From: Dimorphilus gyrociliatus
Taxonomy: Eukaryota > Animalia > Annelida
NCBI GenBank assembly: GCA_904063045.1
Contig: CAJFCJ010000003.1
Location: 744,001 to 808,000 of the forward strand
DNA length: 64,000 nucleotides
Direction of reading: 5' to 3'
The notes below the pieces were generated by a model. That model had not been told where the DNA came from and ran no database searches. It saw only the letters and a program-made list of their open reading frames with translations. Shown in pieces: positions 26,639 to 40,595 of this stretch. The stretch's first letter is position 1, and the number at the start of each line of letters is the position of its first letter. Made by a program: the position numbers and the translations under genes.

Positions 26639-29600
26639 TTACATATTAGTAAAAGCCGATAAGTCATATTCTCCTGGTTCTAACATGCTCATAACATCAT
26701 TAACTTCATGATTGTTATTTGAATTATTTTGACCCGTACTCTGCTGTCCTTCAGTTCCAGAGGTTTGCTGACCGCTATTCCACTGCCAATTATTCGGATT
26801 CGGTTGGTAAGACGATTGCATTGCAGAAGCCCAACTTCCCGATTGTTTCACCAGGGAATGTTGCATCTGCTGCAAAGGATATTGACCTTGCGACATGGCA
26901 CGGGCGTACAGATCAGTGTCAACAGTGTTCTGAACCTCAGACGCATCGTTGGCATTTGATTGTCTGAAAAAATCATTCTATTGTTAGAGTATTCTATAAA
27001 CTCTGACAGCTAATTTACTTACGTTGAAGCTGTATTAGTAGAGACTATATATTCTACTTGATCAGTGTATGGATTTAGAAAACTGAATGAACAACTCTTA
27101 ATCCAGGTCCATTCTCCTGATTTATTCCTAAGACGATAGGCCAAAGACATCATTTGACCTTTCAATTTCAAAACTGTAACGGAAATGGTTCATTATTTTT
27201 TTATAATATCCATAGACCATCAATAATAAAAATTGAATACGTATTAAAATGTATACCATGATCGAAGCTCTCCTTTACTTGGACTTCTTCCTCTGGGTGG
27301 CATAAATCTTGAACGTGTTTATCTAATAACTCTTGAGGCTGGTAGCCGAGAACAGCTGTAACTCTTTGATCGACAAATGTTATTTTCCCGTCTACTGAAT
27401 GCCTCGAGATATAGGTAGAAGCATTTCCTGAACTAATGTCTGATACGTTAGGAGTTGAAGTAACTTGTAACCTTCCGATTCCCACCAAACAACAAGAAGT
27501 TTGTAGTTCATCGTCCTGCGAAGAATTTCTCTCAACATGTACACCGCTCAGCGGCCAGTTTTTAAGATAACCCGTCACATGTACTATAGCATATTGTTGA
27601 CCATCCGACGATTGACCTAGTGTATTCATCTGACGTAACCGAACCGTGTGGTTGGCGGTTAAAGGATCTATTGGGACGTTGCCGACTTTCATTCGACAGA
27701 TGAAACCCCGCCGCGAACTCATGCAGAGTCGCATTGAAGCTGAAAGAGAAAGCTTTTATAATTAACCAAAAACACTTTTTAATATGACACTTACATTGAT
27801 GACCTTCTTTTTTCAAAGTTCCAGTTTTCAGGTCTAATATTCTACCTACATTTTGAGATTCAGATGTGGAGAGTTGCTCACGTAATTTCTGAACGTCGTC
27901 AGGGTGCACCATGTCAAAAATAGAAGAAGCCGAATACCAATTTTGCTAAAAAAACATAAATAAGTGAAATGGAGAATAATAAAGCAACATTATGTTTCTT
28001 TTATTACCTGAGAATGATTAAGAACTGGTAAAATTGAGTCAGATACGTAAATTATCCTTCCTGTCTCACATTGGACAACGAAAAGAAATCCATCAGCCGC
28101 CTTCAAAGTAAAAATCAGACCAAAGTTAATCAATAGCACTATCAGCAAAATATGCAATTTACCTCTAAAATCAAATGCTTCAACTCCTGATCAGTAAGAA
28201 AGGATGGTTTGTATGATCCATCGGAACTGGTATTTCCGGTACCTGTAGTTGTTTTTGTATATAAAAAGATCTTTTAAGTCGAAAACAAAGAGAAATATTA
28301 TCAATAAAAAAGAGACTAAGTTTAGAAAGAATGTTACATTTCGCACAAAGTACATCTTAAGTGATTTGGTTTGCTTCTCCGATATAAAATATCCATAAAC
28401 TTATTAATTATGTAAAAATATGTAAATTATACAACAAGCGAAATAAAAGTATAGTTGATTTTCTTGTACAGCATATACGTACTTTTTCTTATATACAGTA
28501 TATACCGTGGCTTTCTATTTAGTCTATATATACAAATACATATACAGTATATATATATAAACATGCGACCTTTGAAGCATGTAAATAAATCTTGACCGAA
28601 CTCACACGGACCTCAAAGTCTATTTTAGGATTGTGATATTGGTTTTTTGTAGGAAAATAATGAAAAACTTATAAATTAGTTTTGGATTGTGGTTAAAGTT
28701 CTTTATGTTGTATCGGATATCATCATCAATTATTCAATAAGAATTTACGAGCAAATTATGAAAATACTTAGATAATTATAATAAATGCGATAAGTAAATG
28801 AAAGAGAATTGATATAACCTTGTAAAGTTTTCATATGCGCTACGGCCAATCGTAAGATGGTTAACTTATCGGGTTTTCTAGCTAAAGTTGAACATGCGGG
28901 TACCATATCGCATAATTCATTTACGTAAGTCGCCATTTTACTCCTTCGTCTTCTTTCGATTTCACAATGACTTTCCCTAGCCAAACGTTCTTTATCCGTA
29001 ACATCCGTATCTCCAGCATAATTTGATTCATCTTCGGAACTAAGAATGGTATAATATTAGCAACTATATTTCATATAATACTATATATATATAAATAAGA
29101 AAGAATCTATTCAAAATATATTCTAGAGTATAATTAATCCAATACATATTGATTGAATATTATACAATCAATAAATTTAATCGTCCTTCAACTGTAACTA
29201 TTATGGATACTTTTTAGAATGTAATATAATCAATGTTCTCTAAATATGAAACGAATATTGTAGCAGTATATAGTGAATATTTCGCTGGTAAATGTCTCTT
29301 TATTAAATTACGCACTTAAAAATTCTTGTAGTCTTTTTGTATAGGAGGAAAAAAAAATACGTAAACAATAGGTGATTTTACTTTCACGATTAATAAGGGA
29401 AATTTTTAAAATGAAATATTAATAATATTGAACAAATACTTTATGATTTTGCACTTAATTTTGATTAAATTTTATTACAGTGTGATATTTTACTTACTCT
29501 TTTTCGCTATGCTTTCGCTTTCCTCTTTTCCCACCATCTTCTGAACCTGTTCATTTACAAGGCAAATAGAATAAAGTAGAAAAGTAAACATTAAACATAA

Positions 29601-29888
29601 ACATTAAATAACTGAATTCCGACTCTATTTTTTTATTAAAAATTACTAGTCTTTTTTGTTAAATAGCTTTGTAGTAAAGAATATGAGTAATAAATCAATC
29701 ATTTGTAGTGGAAATTTTTAGGCGCTGGGTAAGGTATCGGTGATTCTTCGAAATCGTAGCTAAATCTATCAAATTTAGTTCGATAACACACATGAATGTT
29801 TATTATAATACTCTGTGTATAAAATATTATTTAAAAAGCGATTGAAGTCGAAATATTTACCCGAAATTGCTGATGATAGTAAATCCAT
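26639..29888 (-). CDS. ARNT: Aryl hydrocarbon receptor nuclear translocator (tango), bHLH-PAS
   Basis: b[19 protein letters not shown]...[38 protein letters not shown]|AADGFLFVV...[49 protein letters not shown]-rich tail. Confidence 0.95.
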
Positions 29889-29978
29889 AGCTCATAGCAG
29901 ACTATATTAACTCCGCAGTAAATTTATGATTAATTTTAACCAACCATCGATTGACGTACTTAACAGTACGCTAGTCTT

Positions 29979-29988
29979 GGCCAATCAG
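29979..29988 (+). promoter_or_regulatory. CCAAT box (GGCCAATCAG) in the divergent ARNT/carboxylesterase promoter
   Basis: Good NF-Y consensus about 90 bp upstream of the ARNT ATG. Confidence 0.4.
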
Positions 29989-30157
29989 CGCCCACGTTAC
30001 ACTCGCGTGTTTACATTGTTATCATTGATTTTTTAAGAAAGATTATGTTAAATTACTAAAATCTATATCTATTTTAATAAATAAATACTCTTTTTAGTCT
30101 AAAAGGAGCAATCTTTTATCTCATAGATGACTGAAAAGACACTTAAGACGTCGACTA

Positions 30158-30174
30158 TAGACGCCCTCTAGCGT
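30158..30174 (-). promoter_or_regulatory. CTCF-like motif (reverse strand ACGCTAGAGGGCGTCTA)
   Basis: Strong CTCF-core match in the 366-bp head-to-head spacer. It is 13/14 identical to the motif at 14070-14083. Confidence 0.55.
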
Positions 30175-30254
30175 GGCGCCAAGTTCCATATCTTGAACTT
30201 TATGAAGATCTTTATTACCAACATAGATAAGGCCATAATACAAATACAAACAGA

Positions 30255-32116
30255 ATGAACCCAACTGTTAATTTATCGGCATCCATAAGTTTGCAAGGAG
30301 TTAGGAAATTCAACGAAATCTTTGAAAAGTCTGTCGATGGTTTCCTTGGAATCCGTTATGCAACAGCTGAAAGATTCTGTAGACCAAAGCCCTTTACGCT
30401 AAAGGGCAAGCACTCGGTTGTTACATACGGTGGGTACATATTCAATAGAAGAGACGGAAACATGCATTGAAATTCTATTGCAATACTATTCTTCTATTCA
30501 GGCAAAGTAGCACCGCAACGATTAGCTGATGTTGCTAAACTATATTTTCCTTTGAAAATACCAGGAGTTGAAAGCATTAGCGAAGATTGTTTGTATTTAA
30601 ATGTTTGGAGGCCGTCAGACATTAGTCATGGAGAACAATTACCAGTTATGGTTTGGTTTCATGGAGGTTCATTTACACAGGGTTTGAGTAATATATTCGT
30701 TGGTGATGCAATTTGCTGTGTTAATAGGGTGCTATTGGTATCGTGCAATTACAGACTAGGTTTTCTAGGTAATTACATTTCTATACGACAAATCTTGTAC
30801 CTAATAATAATAAATGTTTACATAGGTAACGCTTGTTCACACGATGGCTATCTGGAAGGTAACTATGGATTTCTTGATCAACTTGAAGCTTTGGAGTGGG
30901 TAAAAAGGCATATAGAAAGCTTTGGAGGAGATAAGAATAATGTGACAATATTCGGAGAGAGTGCTGGAGGGATGAGCGTATCATTACATCTCGTTTCTGA
31001 ATTATCAAAGGGATTATTTCATAAAGCAATCTGTCAAAGTGGAGCTGCGTATGGTCGACATTTAATTTGGAATAGAAGTCAAGCGTCAAATTTACTTTTA
31101 TCTAAAGCTAAGAGAATTGGTAATGTATCGATTAAAGAATGACATAAAGCATAGATTTAAACACTTTTTTATATTAAAAGGTTACAAAGGAACTAGAAAT
31201 GGTCAAGAATTGAAAGAATTCTTAAATTCTCTTTCCTACAACGATATTGTCAATATGCTGCCTGGAAATAGTGCTCTAAATGGAATAATAGATGGTAGAT
31301 TTTTGAAAGCATATCCTTTAGATATTATCAACGAAAACCCTTCAAATATTCCTTTAATGACTGGTTGTACAAATGACGAAGGATCATTGTTCATAATGCC
31401 GTTTTTAAAGAACTATGTTGTCGAGGATGAAAGGCATTATTGTTCAATATTGGATACAATAATAAGAAAAATGTTTTTTAGAGGCTATTCGGAAAGTGTC
31501 TTGAATCGTTTAATAGACAGAATTAAGGAAGTATATTCCAAAAATGAGGAAAGTTACGAGAAACGATTATCTAGATTTTATAGTGACGTTGTTTTTGTCG
31601 TCCCATCCTACAACTTAGCGACTAGACATCAGGAGCACGGTAAGGTTATTCGAATGACAAATACGATAGAATATATTACTATTTTTACACCTTTTATTGC
31701 TGACTTGTTGTAGCTATCGTCTATCAATACGAACTGCATTATCGTCCTTCCTTCTCTATTTTCCCTCCTTGGACAGAATGTATTCATGGTTTTGATATTC
31801 CATTTGTATTTGGTGAACCATTTTTAGGGCGAATTTCATACGAATGGCCGAAAAACGAGCAGAACCTAAGTATAGAAATAATGAAAGCATGGGGAGAATT
31901 TGCAAAAACAGGGTATATTTAACTTTTCCATCTTTTATTTAATTCATATGTATATTTTATAGTAAGCTTAAAGAAGAGAAAACGTTTAGAGAAGGACATA
32001 TAAAAGTGTGGAATGATGGAAAAACTTATACAAGTGTCTTTCAGAATGATATAATAAACTTCTGGAATAACGAGGCGAAGGAAATTCTGAGAAATGATTC
32101 CCGATCGAAGCTTTAA
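30255..32116 (+). CDS. Type-B carboxylesterase (alpha/beta hydrolase) with C-terminal SKL
   Basis: FLGIRYA, SEDCLYLNVW, PVMVWFHGGSF, GNYGFLDQ, catalytic GESAG, Glu in TNDEG, His in CIHGFDIPFVFG. The last exon (from about 31963) ends INFWNNEAKEILRNDSRSKL*. Confidence 0.93.
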
Positions 32117-32766
32117 GTTAAATAAAAACTTGCTCCTTTATTTCATGTAATTGTTACATGAATATATAGCTTCAAAAATAATGTAATCTTTAACTAGGAT
32201 CCATGCAAAACACTTGTACACACTATTTTGTGCATAATATATACAGTATATATATATAAATTTATACTATATACTATATTCTTACTAAACATTGTATTGT
32301 TTTTTCATTGTCAACTTGCTCTTTCAACTCTACCAGACATATGTTGTCTATAAGAATAAAATGACTATTATCGAATGTTAATCTTATCCATATAACTTAT
32401 TTATAGTACCATGCATTATTTTTATATAATTGTACTTGATATTAATATAATAAAAGAAGCTTTAAAGTCCTCAAAAAAGAAAATTCCTTCTTACGAATGA
32501 CCTTTGCCGTAGCCACTCCTCTTTTAAGCCTATTTTACCCAGTTTTTATAAGATTATGCGTTTCTTTTATAACTTGGAAAAGGAGGTTTGACATGTACTT
32601 CAAAATCATTTTATTGATTCATTTTTCTTCGTTATTACCTTAATTATATATTCATCATTTTGAGGAAATCTACAAGAAAGGAAACATACATATCATAATA
32701 AGTATATTACATTAATACTATTAAATATTCATATTTTTTAAGTTTTGTTTTTTCTTTTTAGATGTA

Positions 32767-32776
32767 ATGACGTCAT
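32767..32776. promoter_or_regulatory. Perfect CRE palindrome ATGACGTCAT upstream of guanylyl cyclase 1
   Basis: Motif match about 490 bp upstream of the ATG. Confidence 0.35.
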
Positions 32777-33263
32777 CATTGACATTGTGGTTGGTGACAA
32801 AAACGAAAATATATAATATATAAACGAGAGTATCAATTTGTCGTGACATATGCATTTGATTGTAAAGGAAATATTGATGATAATTCCATAAGTAAGTAAA
32901 GTCTGAAAAGATGCTCTTTATTCTTTGTTAATACTTCTTCTCGTTTTAATTAAGCTTATTTAATCGTTTCCTGAAAATATCCCTGTTTTTTTCTTCTAGT
33001 AAATGAAAGAAAAAGTGCCTTTTTTTAAATATGAGACAGGATATGGAATTAACTTAATGGTTAGAGGCTGAGAATAGAAAATTTTGTTATGCAGTATTAA
33101 TTAAGCATCATTGGATTGTTTTACTCTTTTATAAGATACAAGAAACTATCGGAGCTTTCTTTAACAAATAACGCATGCGCTGGCCTTCTCTTTTACAGGG
33201 AAGCGAGAAGCATCTTATAAAGTTACAAGCAACGAATGAGAACAAGGAAAAAGTAAAAGCGAT

Positions 33264-36200
33264 ATGTTGTTAAAATTTCTCGCTTTTTTGTCTATTATCG
33301 GTGTAAAGTCAATTACTGAGATTAAAGTTGGTGTCATAATTATCTCAGATTACGGCGGTCCATACGACTGGAAAAAATCTGGATCGGCTATAAGATTAGC
33401 TTTTGAAAAGGTTAATAGTGATATCCTAAATGGAACTGACTATAGAGTACTCCCAATTGAGAAACAATATGGTCCTGGATGTGATTTGAAACAGACTCCA
33501 GGTAAGAGAGAATGTTATTTTTTTTCCAAAGTTCTACTTTTAGTTTATCAAAGAGGGCTACTCAAAGAAGACTAGATACAATGATAAAGGAAATATTTCG
33601 TATTAAGGAAAATATTAGAATCAATACTCTAGATATTAATGTCAAGGGAGGGGTTGTATAGTAGAAAAAAAAGTAAACATCCTGATAAATTGATAATGAA
33701 TAATGTTCCAAGCTCTTTAACGATCTAAGTGGCGTTACGCTTATAACTTAGTCTATAGCTTTTACTATATTTCCTGAAGCTATTGCTGCGGAACTCTACT
33801 ACAAAGAAAACGTATCCGCTATTATTGGACCTGGGTGTTCTGGGGCTATGGATGCTGTTGGTTTTATGGGAGCTGTTTGGAACCTTCCAATAATATCTGG
33901 AGAAAGTGCTGCCAAAAGGTTTAGTCATAAAGAGAATTATCCAACTTTGGTGCGTATGGCCTATTGTCAATGCGCATTAAGAAGAGTATTTGGTTCGGTT
34001 TTGAATTATTTCAATTGGACTGAGCTGTCTCTATTTGTTGACGAAAGTAATGAATTTAGCTCAGAGATGGCAAACTCTCTCGACCATGGCCTTCGAGAAA
34101 TGGAGATTTATCCTAATAAAGTTCTCTTCGATAGTAGAAATTTTAAAGAAGATCTTAACAGGTATAAAAAGATTTTAATGGAAGCCAGAAAAAGATCTCG
34201 AAGTAAGTTAATTAGGCCTGATATGAAAACCTCAGTTCCCTTTTTTCTTTTATAACCACCCTCCAACTTTCTTTCCTAGTGTTCTTTCTTTTCGTCATAT
34301 CTCTTTGTTTTTTCCTTTCTTTATCCTTTTCCTGTAACATTCATTCAAAGTTTCACTCCGTCGATGTATTTATTGTCTCTTTCACTCTCTGTCTCTCTCT
34401 CTGTCTCTCTTTCTAACTCGCTCTCCTTCTCTTCTCCACCTTGTTTTTTATTACTTTTATCTAATAAACCACTGTGTTAATATAACTCTTGTATACAGTT
34501 TTTATTTTTATGGCGCACGCGGATATCGTTAGATATTTCTTAATTTCTTGTTATGATCTGGGTTTCGTGGAAACGGGGGAATACGTTTTTATGTACGCCG
34601 AATTATTTGAAGATGAATATTGGGGACTTTTCAATTGGAATAGAAGTCTACCAGATGATTATAAAGTTAGAAAAGCTCAAGAAGCCGTTTTTAAGTTTGG
34701 TTTAAAGCTTGAGAAAAGTAAAAAATTTGAGACATTTGCTGAGACAGTAAAGAGAAGAGCTATACAGGAATTCAATTACGATTTCAATAACAAACACGTA
34801 CGTTCACTCTATATTCGTATATACTTTTCTATTTAGAAGATGACATTGACATTTTTCCTATTTATAAAAGATAATGACTTGTCACGCAAGGAAAAGAAAA
34901 AGAATTAGAAATCGTACGGCTAATTTTCTATCCTTTCTTCCTTCACAGGTAAACTTTTTCATTGGTACTTTCTACGAGTCAATTATATTATACGGCAACG
35001 CCCTGAACGAAAGTATTAAATATGATATTGACCCTAGAAATGCTTCAGCCTTCATAGAGCTATTTCGGGAAACTAGCTTTGAAGGTATTACAGGGCCTGT
35101 TCATATGAATGAGGTAGCAGATAGGGAAGCTACTTATGAGATTTCGCACATGAACCCTGACACTGGTGAATTCTATGTAATTGGACAATATAGTGGATTT
35201 TCTTTACGCTTTGAAAGGATTCCTAATACGAAGATTTATTGGCCCGGTAGAAGAAATTCACCTCCATTAAATGAGCCTATTTGCGGCTATCAGGGTGAAG
35301 CACCAGTTTGTCAAGAATCAGGTAAATAGTCTTACTAAAAGAAATCGCACGTAAAAAAATAATTTCTTAAATACATGTAAGCACAAATTATATTTGTATC
35401 ATTTACAGAGCCGATGAATATGACAATAATTGCCCTTATTACTCTATTTTGTCTCTTACTTATCAGCGTTATCTGCGGTTTGGCAGTTTATCGGTAAAAC
35501 TGATAAGAATAATTATCAGCTCAAGTTAATATTTTCAATTGTCTGTTTCTATTTTAGGAAGATGAAATTAGAATCGGAAATATCCGATAATTCTTGGATC
35601 GTTCACACTGATGATATTCATATTATACAGAATTTTGGAAGAAGTTTCTCACTTAAATCACGATTGAGTACAGTAAGTATTCAAATAGAGTAATTCATTA
35701 TATTCAACACAATATTCCATTCTTTTATATTACCTTAGTCCATTCACGAGAATAATGATAACGTAACTTTATCAAGAAACAGCAATACATATGCTCAAGC
35801 TTTTATTGAAACGGCAAAGTTCAAAGGAAATCTTGTTGCAATCAAATCGTTTCCTTTAGAGAAAAAAATTAACATTACTAGATCTCTAAGGATAGAGGTT
35901 AAACAAAGACGTTTAGCTTCTCATAATAATATATTAAAATTTATTGGGACTGTATTAGAACCTCCTACTAAGGCTGTACTTATACACGAATACTGTAAAA
36001 AAGGTAGCCTACAAGATCTCCTGGAACAAGATAACTTTGAATTAGATTGGTCTTTCAAATATTCATTAATGAATGATATAGTTAAGGGTTTACAATTTAT
36101 TCATAATTCTCCAATTGGTATTCATGGCAATTTGAAATCGCCTAATTGCCTAATAGATGATAGATTTGTTGTTAAACTCTGTCATTTTGGACTACCGAGT

Positions 36201-37783
36201 TTTATGAATCTTTGCGAGAAGAAGGAAAAGACGCATGCGTATTACGAAGCTTTACTTTGGTCGGCACCCGAAATTTTAAGGGATTCCAACTGTAGATATC
36301 CTCTGGTTATCAGCCAAAAAGGAGATATTTATAGTTTCGGAATAATTATACAAGAAATCCTTCTACGAGGCCATCCATTCCTTTTGGAAAGAGAGAGCAA
36401 TGATCTAACCCCAGAAAGTTTGTTGAAGCATAAATTGCGTTTCATTATATTCTTCTTTGTAGGTACACATTAAACGAGTGTATTTAATAGCTCTTGTCCA
36501 AAGAATACGTAAAGGTGTAGAACCTTTAACAAGACCAGAAGTACCATTAGATTATACTAACAAGATACTGGCTAATATCACTGAAAGTTGCTGGAGGGAA
36601 ATTGCAGCTGAAAGGCCAACGATATCCGAAATTAAACAGCAACTTCGCAAATTGACAGGGTAATTGTCTTGTTTCCATTAAAAAGAATTAATTAAATAAT
36701 ATCCTCTTCAAATTTTTTAATCAGTGGAAAAGAAGTTAATATTATGGATGATTTATTAAAGAGAATGGAACAATATGCTAATAATTTGGAAAATATTGTA
36801 GAAGAGAGGACAATGCAGTTGGCAGAAGAAAAGCAGAGAACTGACGAACTTTTGTTACAAATTCTACCAAAGTAATAATTTAAAATAGAATTTTGTTACA
36901 TTTAAGAGTAAATTTCTTTCTTTTATCATTAAGATCAATAGCCGATCAGTTAAAAGCAGGAAAGACTGTAACTCCGGAAACGTTTACGAGCGTTACAATC
37001 TATTTCAGTGATATTGTTGGTTTTACGGCACTTTCGGCTCAAAGTACTCCTATTCAGATTGTTAAGCTTTTGAACGATTTATACACAATGTTCGACGAGA
37101 TTATTTGCGAATTCGACGTCTATAAGGTGGAAACAATCGGTGACGCCTATATGGTTGCCTCCGGCCTACCAATAAGAAATGGTCAGAACCACGCAAAAGA
37201 AATTGCTAAAATGTCTTTGAAGCTTTTGTCGAAGGTGAGATCGTTTCGAATGGAACATAGGCCAGATGAACAACTGAAATTGAGAATTGGTCTGCATACT
37301 GGTCCTTGCGTTACGGGAGTTGTAGGTTTGAAGATGCCAAGGTATTGCCTATTCGGAGATACTGTAAATACAGCATCGAGAATGGAATCGACAGGAGAAC
37401 GTAACTATCCTCTTTTTTCATTCATTTACAATATTTTAAAGATAATCACCAAATTTTCAGCCTTGAAAATTCATTTGAGTTCTGCAACTGCCGACATTTT
37501 GAAGACTTTTAGCGAATTTCAACTTGACTGTCGAGGAGAAATCGAAGTTAAGGTATTAGAAACTAGATGGCGTGTTTCGATAATTACAGAATTCAATTAT
37601 TAAAAATATGAGTTAACAGGTCGTTTCCAGAATTAATACATAGCACTTTAAAGTCTTAGATAAATATTTTAGCATTGGAGTTTCTTAGAGAATGAGAAAT
37701 AAGAACGTAAACGAGTTTTTTTTGTATTTTTGCAGGGCAAGAACGTTATGAAAACGTTCTGGCTTCTCGAGCAACCACTCTAA
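33264..37783 (+). CDS. Receptor (membrane) guanylyl cyclase, NPR-like, paralog 1
   Basis: Signal peptide, ANF-receptor-type ectodomain ([14 protein letters not shown]), TM exon at about 35411-35493, kinase-homology domain ([12 protein letters not shown]), cyclase domain ([40 protein letters not shown]). Last exon [15 protein letters not shown]. Confidence 0.93.
36950..37551 (+). repeat. 602-bp segment identical to 44509-45110 (cyclase domain, including a 60-nt intron)
   Basis: Line-by-line comparison found no mismatch at a constant offset of 7559. Mismatches occur immediately on both sides. Confidence 0.92.
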
Positions 37784-40595
37784 AAGAACATATTTGCAAA
37801 CAAAGGATATATCAAAGAAGAAAAGAAAATATATAAATAGATATCTTAAATATTTCCTGTTAATTTCATGACAAGTTTAATGAAAGAAGAGTGAATTTTT
37901 CCCAAAAAAAAGCCAAAGATGGATAATTTATCGTACGTCTCTAGATATTTTTAAAAGCTAATAAACATAAGTAATTCATTACAATAGTGTGAACTATATA
38001 TATAATTATATCCTATATATTTTTACTTTCAATTTGGGTATCCGGACATCTTTAATGAATTGATGTTCTACAGCAGTTTATTACACAGTTTTTGTTGTCT
38101 GTGCTGCAAATATCACAGAAAGTGCTAATTTACCGTCATGTTTTCACTTTTAGACTATTTAAACTCTATTAAATGTATTAAATAATACATTTACACGAAT
38201 ATAAACTACATGCAAATGTATATCATACATACAGTATTATATGACTGTCTCTAATTTCTGTTTTGTCTTGCTTTGTTCTTACTTGGAAAATAATGAATAT
38301 TGATTTTAATAACAGAATTCCTCCCTCTTTTTTTCTCTCTCTTTTCTTTTTATTCTTTACATATACTTTGTTCTTTCTTATTAATAATAATTTCAATAAA
38401 ACATAAACATGAATTTCTTTTGGAAGTTAGAAGAAACAATTTTTTAATTCTTTCTTCATATTTTAACTCTCTTCCTTATTATTTTATCATTTTTTGTTTA
38501 ACTTTTCTCTCCTCTTTCCTCTCCTTCTTAATAATCAGTTCCTTCTTTAACTTTAACCAAAATACTTCTCCAACTCATTCAATCTCCTCCGTCTAAGCTC
38601 TCTTATTTAGTTTTTCATTCATTATTTCTCTATTTCAAGGAAGATTTAAAGAAAATGCAATTTTATTTCCATTCTTCATTTGTAAAGAAGTTTAGAGATG
38701 AAACGAGAAAAAAATGATTACCTATAATTTTTGTAATCTTTTCTTTTTTGATATTTATGATTATTCTTACTGAATGAAGCATTTTCTAATAAAAGAAATA
38801 ATGTCAATGATATAAAATATCTTAAAAACAGATTTTTAGAAAAAGTCATCTATATTCATTTAAAACAATGTATATAGTTTCTCTAATAGATTCTGGCTAA
38901 CAGACATAAAAATTGAATATTCAAACATGTAGTATTTAATTCATCGCCCATTTGTTTTTATTATGGTTTCTGCCTATCTGCTTGTCTCTTTCACTCTCTC
39001 TGTTCTCTCTATTAAAGAATTCAAACAGATTATTATTATTTAATTGAAATTTATATTTCAAATGGGAAAGGTTTCTTTTTTATAGTAATTACTTCCTATT
39101 TATTAGTAAGAGAAAAAAGTTTATTCTATATAAAGCACTTGATACTGCTGAAGTAGTTTGCGGCAAAGAAGGAAATTTAGCTAATTAACAGACGTCTCTC
39201 AGACAAAGAAAACCTAATATATATATATATGCATATATATTGAAATATTATGATTTCTCTCTACTCAAATCCAGTAAATCAGATTAAATTACCATTTTAA
39301 AACCTTTGTTTTAAAAAAAGGCATAAAATACATGTATATTAATTATTTCTCTTAGTTTATAAATGATGAGTTAGCGATGATATCTATCATCTTAAACTTT
39401 TATTGAAAATCCATTACTAAATAAAATACATTTTACAGAAAACTTTTAAAAAAATTTCTTTATCATTGTAGAACAAGGGAAGAAACAAAGAAAGACCGAA
39501 AGAGAGAGAGAGAGAGAAAGAGATAGGAGAGGGGAACAAGGAAGAGAAAAAAGAAAGAAATAAAAGAATAAAGAAAGAAAGAATAAAGATGATGAAGAAG
39601 AAGAGAACGAGCAAGAATCTTTTCCTTAAATGTTAACTAGAAGACGTATTGATAATATATTTGCTTATAGTAACATTAAAAGTGAAAAATTTTCTTGTTT
39701 TCTTTCCATCATTCTTGTTTCATTGTGTCTATAAACAAGGTTATATTATACATTATTTCAACTAGGTTATTGTATATACAGTATAATGGAAAGAGTATGT
39801 ATTTATAGCCTTTCTCTAACATGCAACATCTATGCTACCGACATTTTTCTCGTTATTACAAAAGATGAAATCCTCATCATCTATATGATTATTGCAATTG
39901 TCTATTTTTCGTTTAGTTTTTGATTTTTTCACATTCTTCTACAACTCAAGTGATAAGGAAAAGACTATTCGCTTCTAAAAACAAATGCAATTGAAAGAAT
40001 GTCCCAGTTAATAGAATCTAATAAAAGGCTTGGCGAACTTTCTTTTGGTATCTGTTACATATATTATTGTTATTGGTTTATTAATATTAGTATCAGATTG
40101 CTATAGATATTCGAAGTAAATTGTCAGGATGACTTTATTATACGAATTTATGTATTGGAATATATCTCAATGTGTGTCATAAGATATATTATCATTTCTA
40201 TACGAAATAGAGTAACAATTGGCTGATAATTGAACACGGAAGTATTTTTAACTTGTCAAATATTAATTACATATTAATTATATTGCTTATATAAAATTAT
40301 GTATGTTCACTGTTTCTTTTTGAACAAAGTAATTACTGATTTTTGATATTTTAGCCATGATTAAAATTGTCTCTTGTTATCTTATTCTACGACTACACTG
40401 TCAGAATATATCCAAGGAGAAAGGAGAACCCTTTAAGAAGCGAATTCTCTGATAGGCAGATAGACCTTGATGAAGAGGGCGGGAGAGTATGTTTACATAT
40501 TTCATTAGTGTTTTAAAGTAGAGCGAGTACTCATATACAACGCATCATTTTTTTATTGTTTTCACTCTCTCTGTCAGTAATATCTTCAAGTCGAG

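Noticed and set aside
28608-28619. Possible 12-nt cassette exon in the ARNT intron after the bHLH
   Set aside because: The donor (gtgtga) is weak and there is no other support.
11509-32116. Peroxisomal gene cluster (SLC25A17 plus the SKL esterase)
   Set aside because: The genes are about 18 kb apart with unrelated genes between them; probably coincidence.
38300-39614. Hydrophobic F/L/S-rich ORFs (38300-38596, 39417-39614; also 26401-26667, 53770-53973, 62210-62446)
   Set aside because: They are translations of pyrimidine- or purine-rich low-complexity non-coding DNA.
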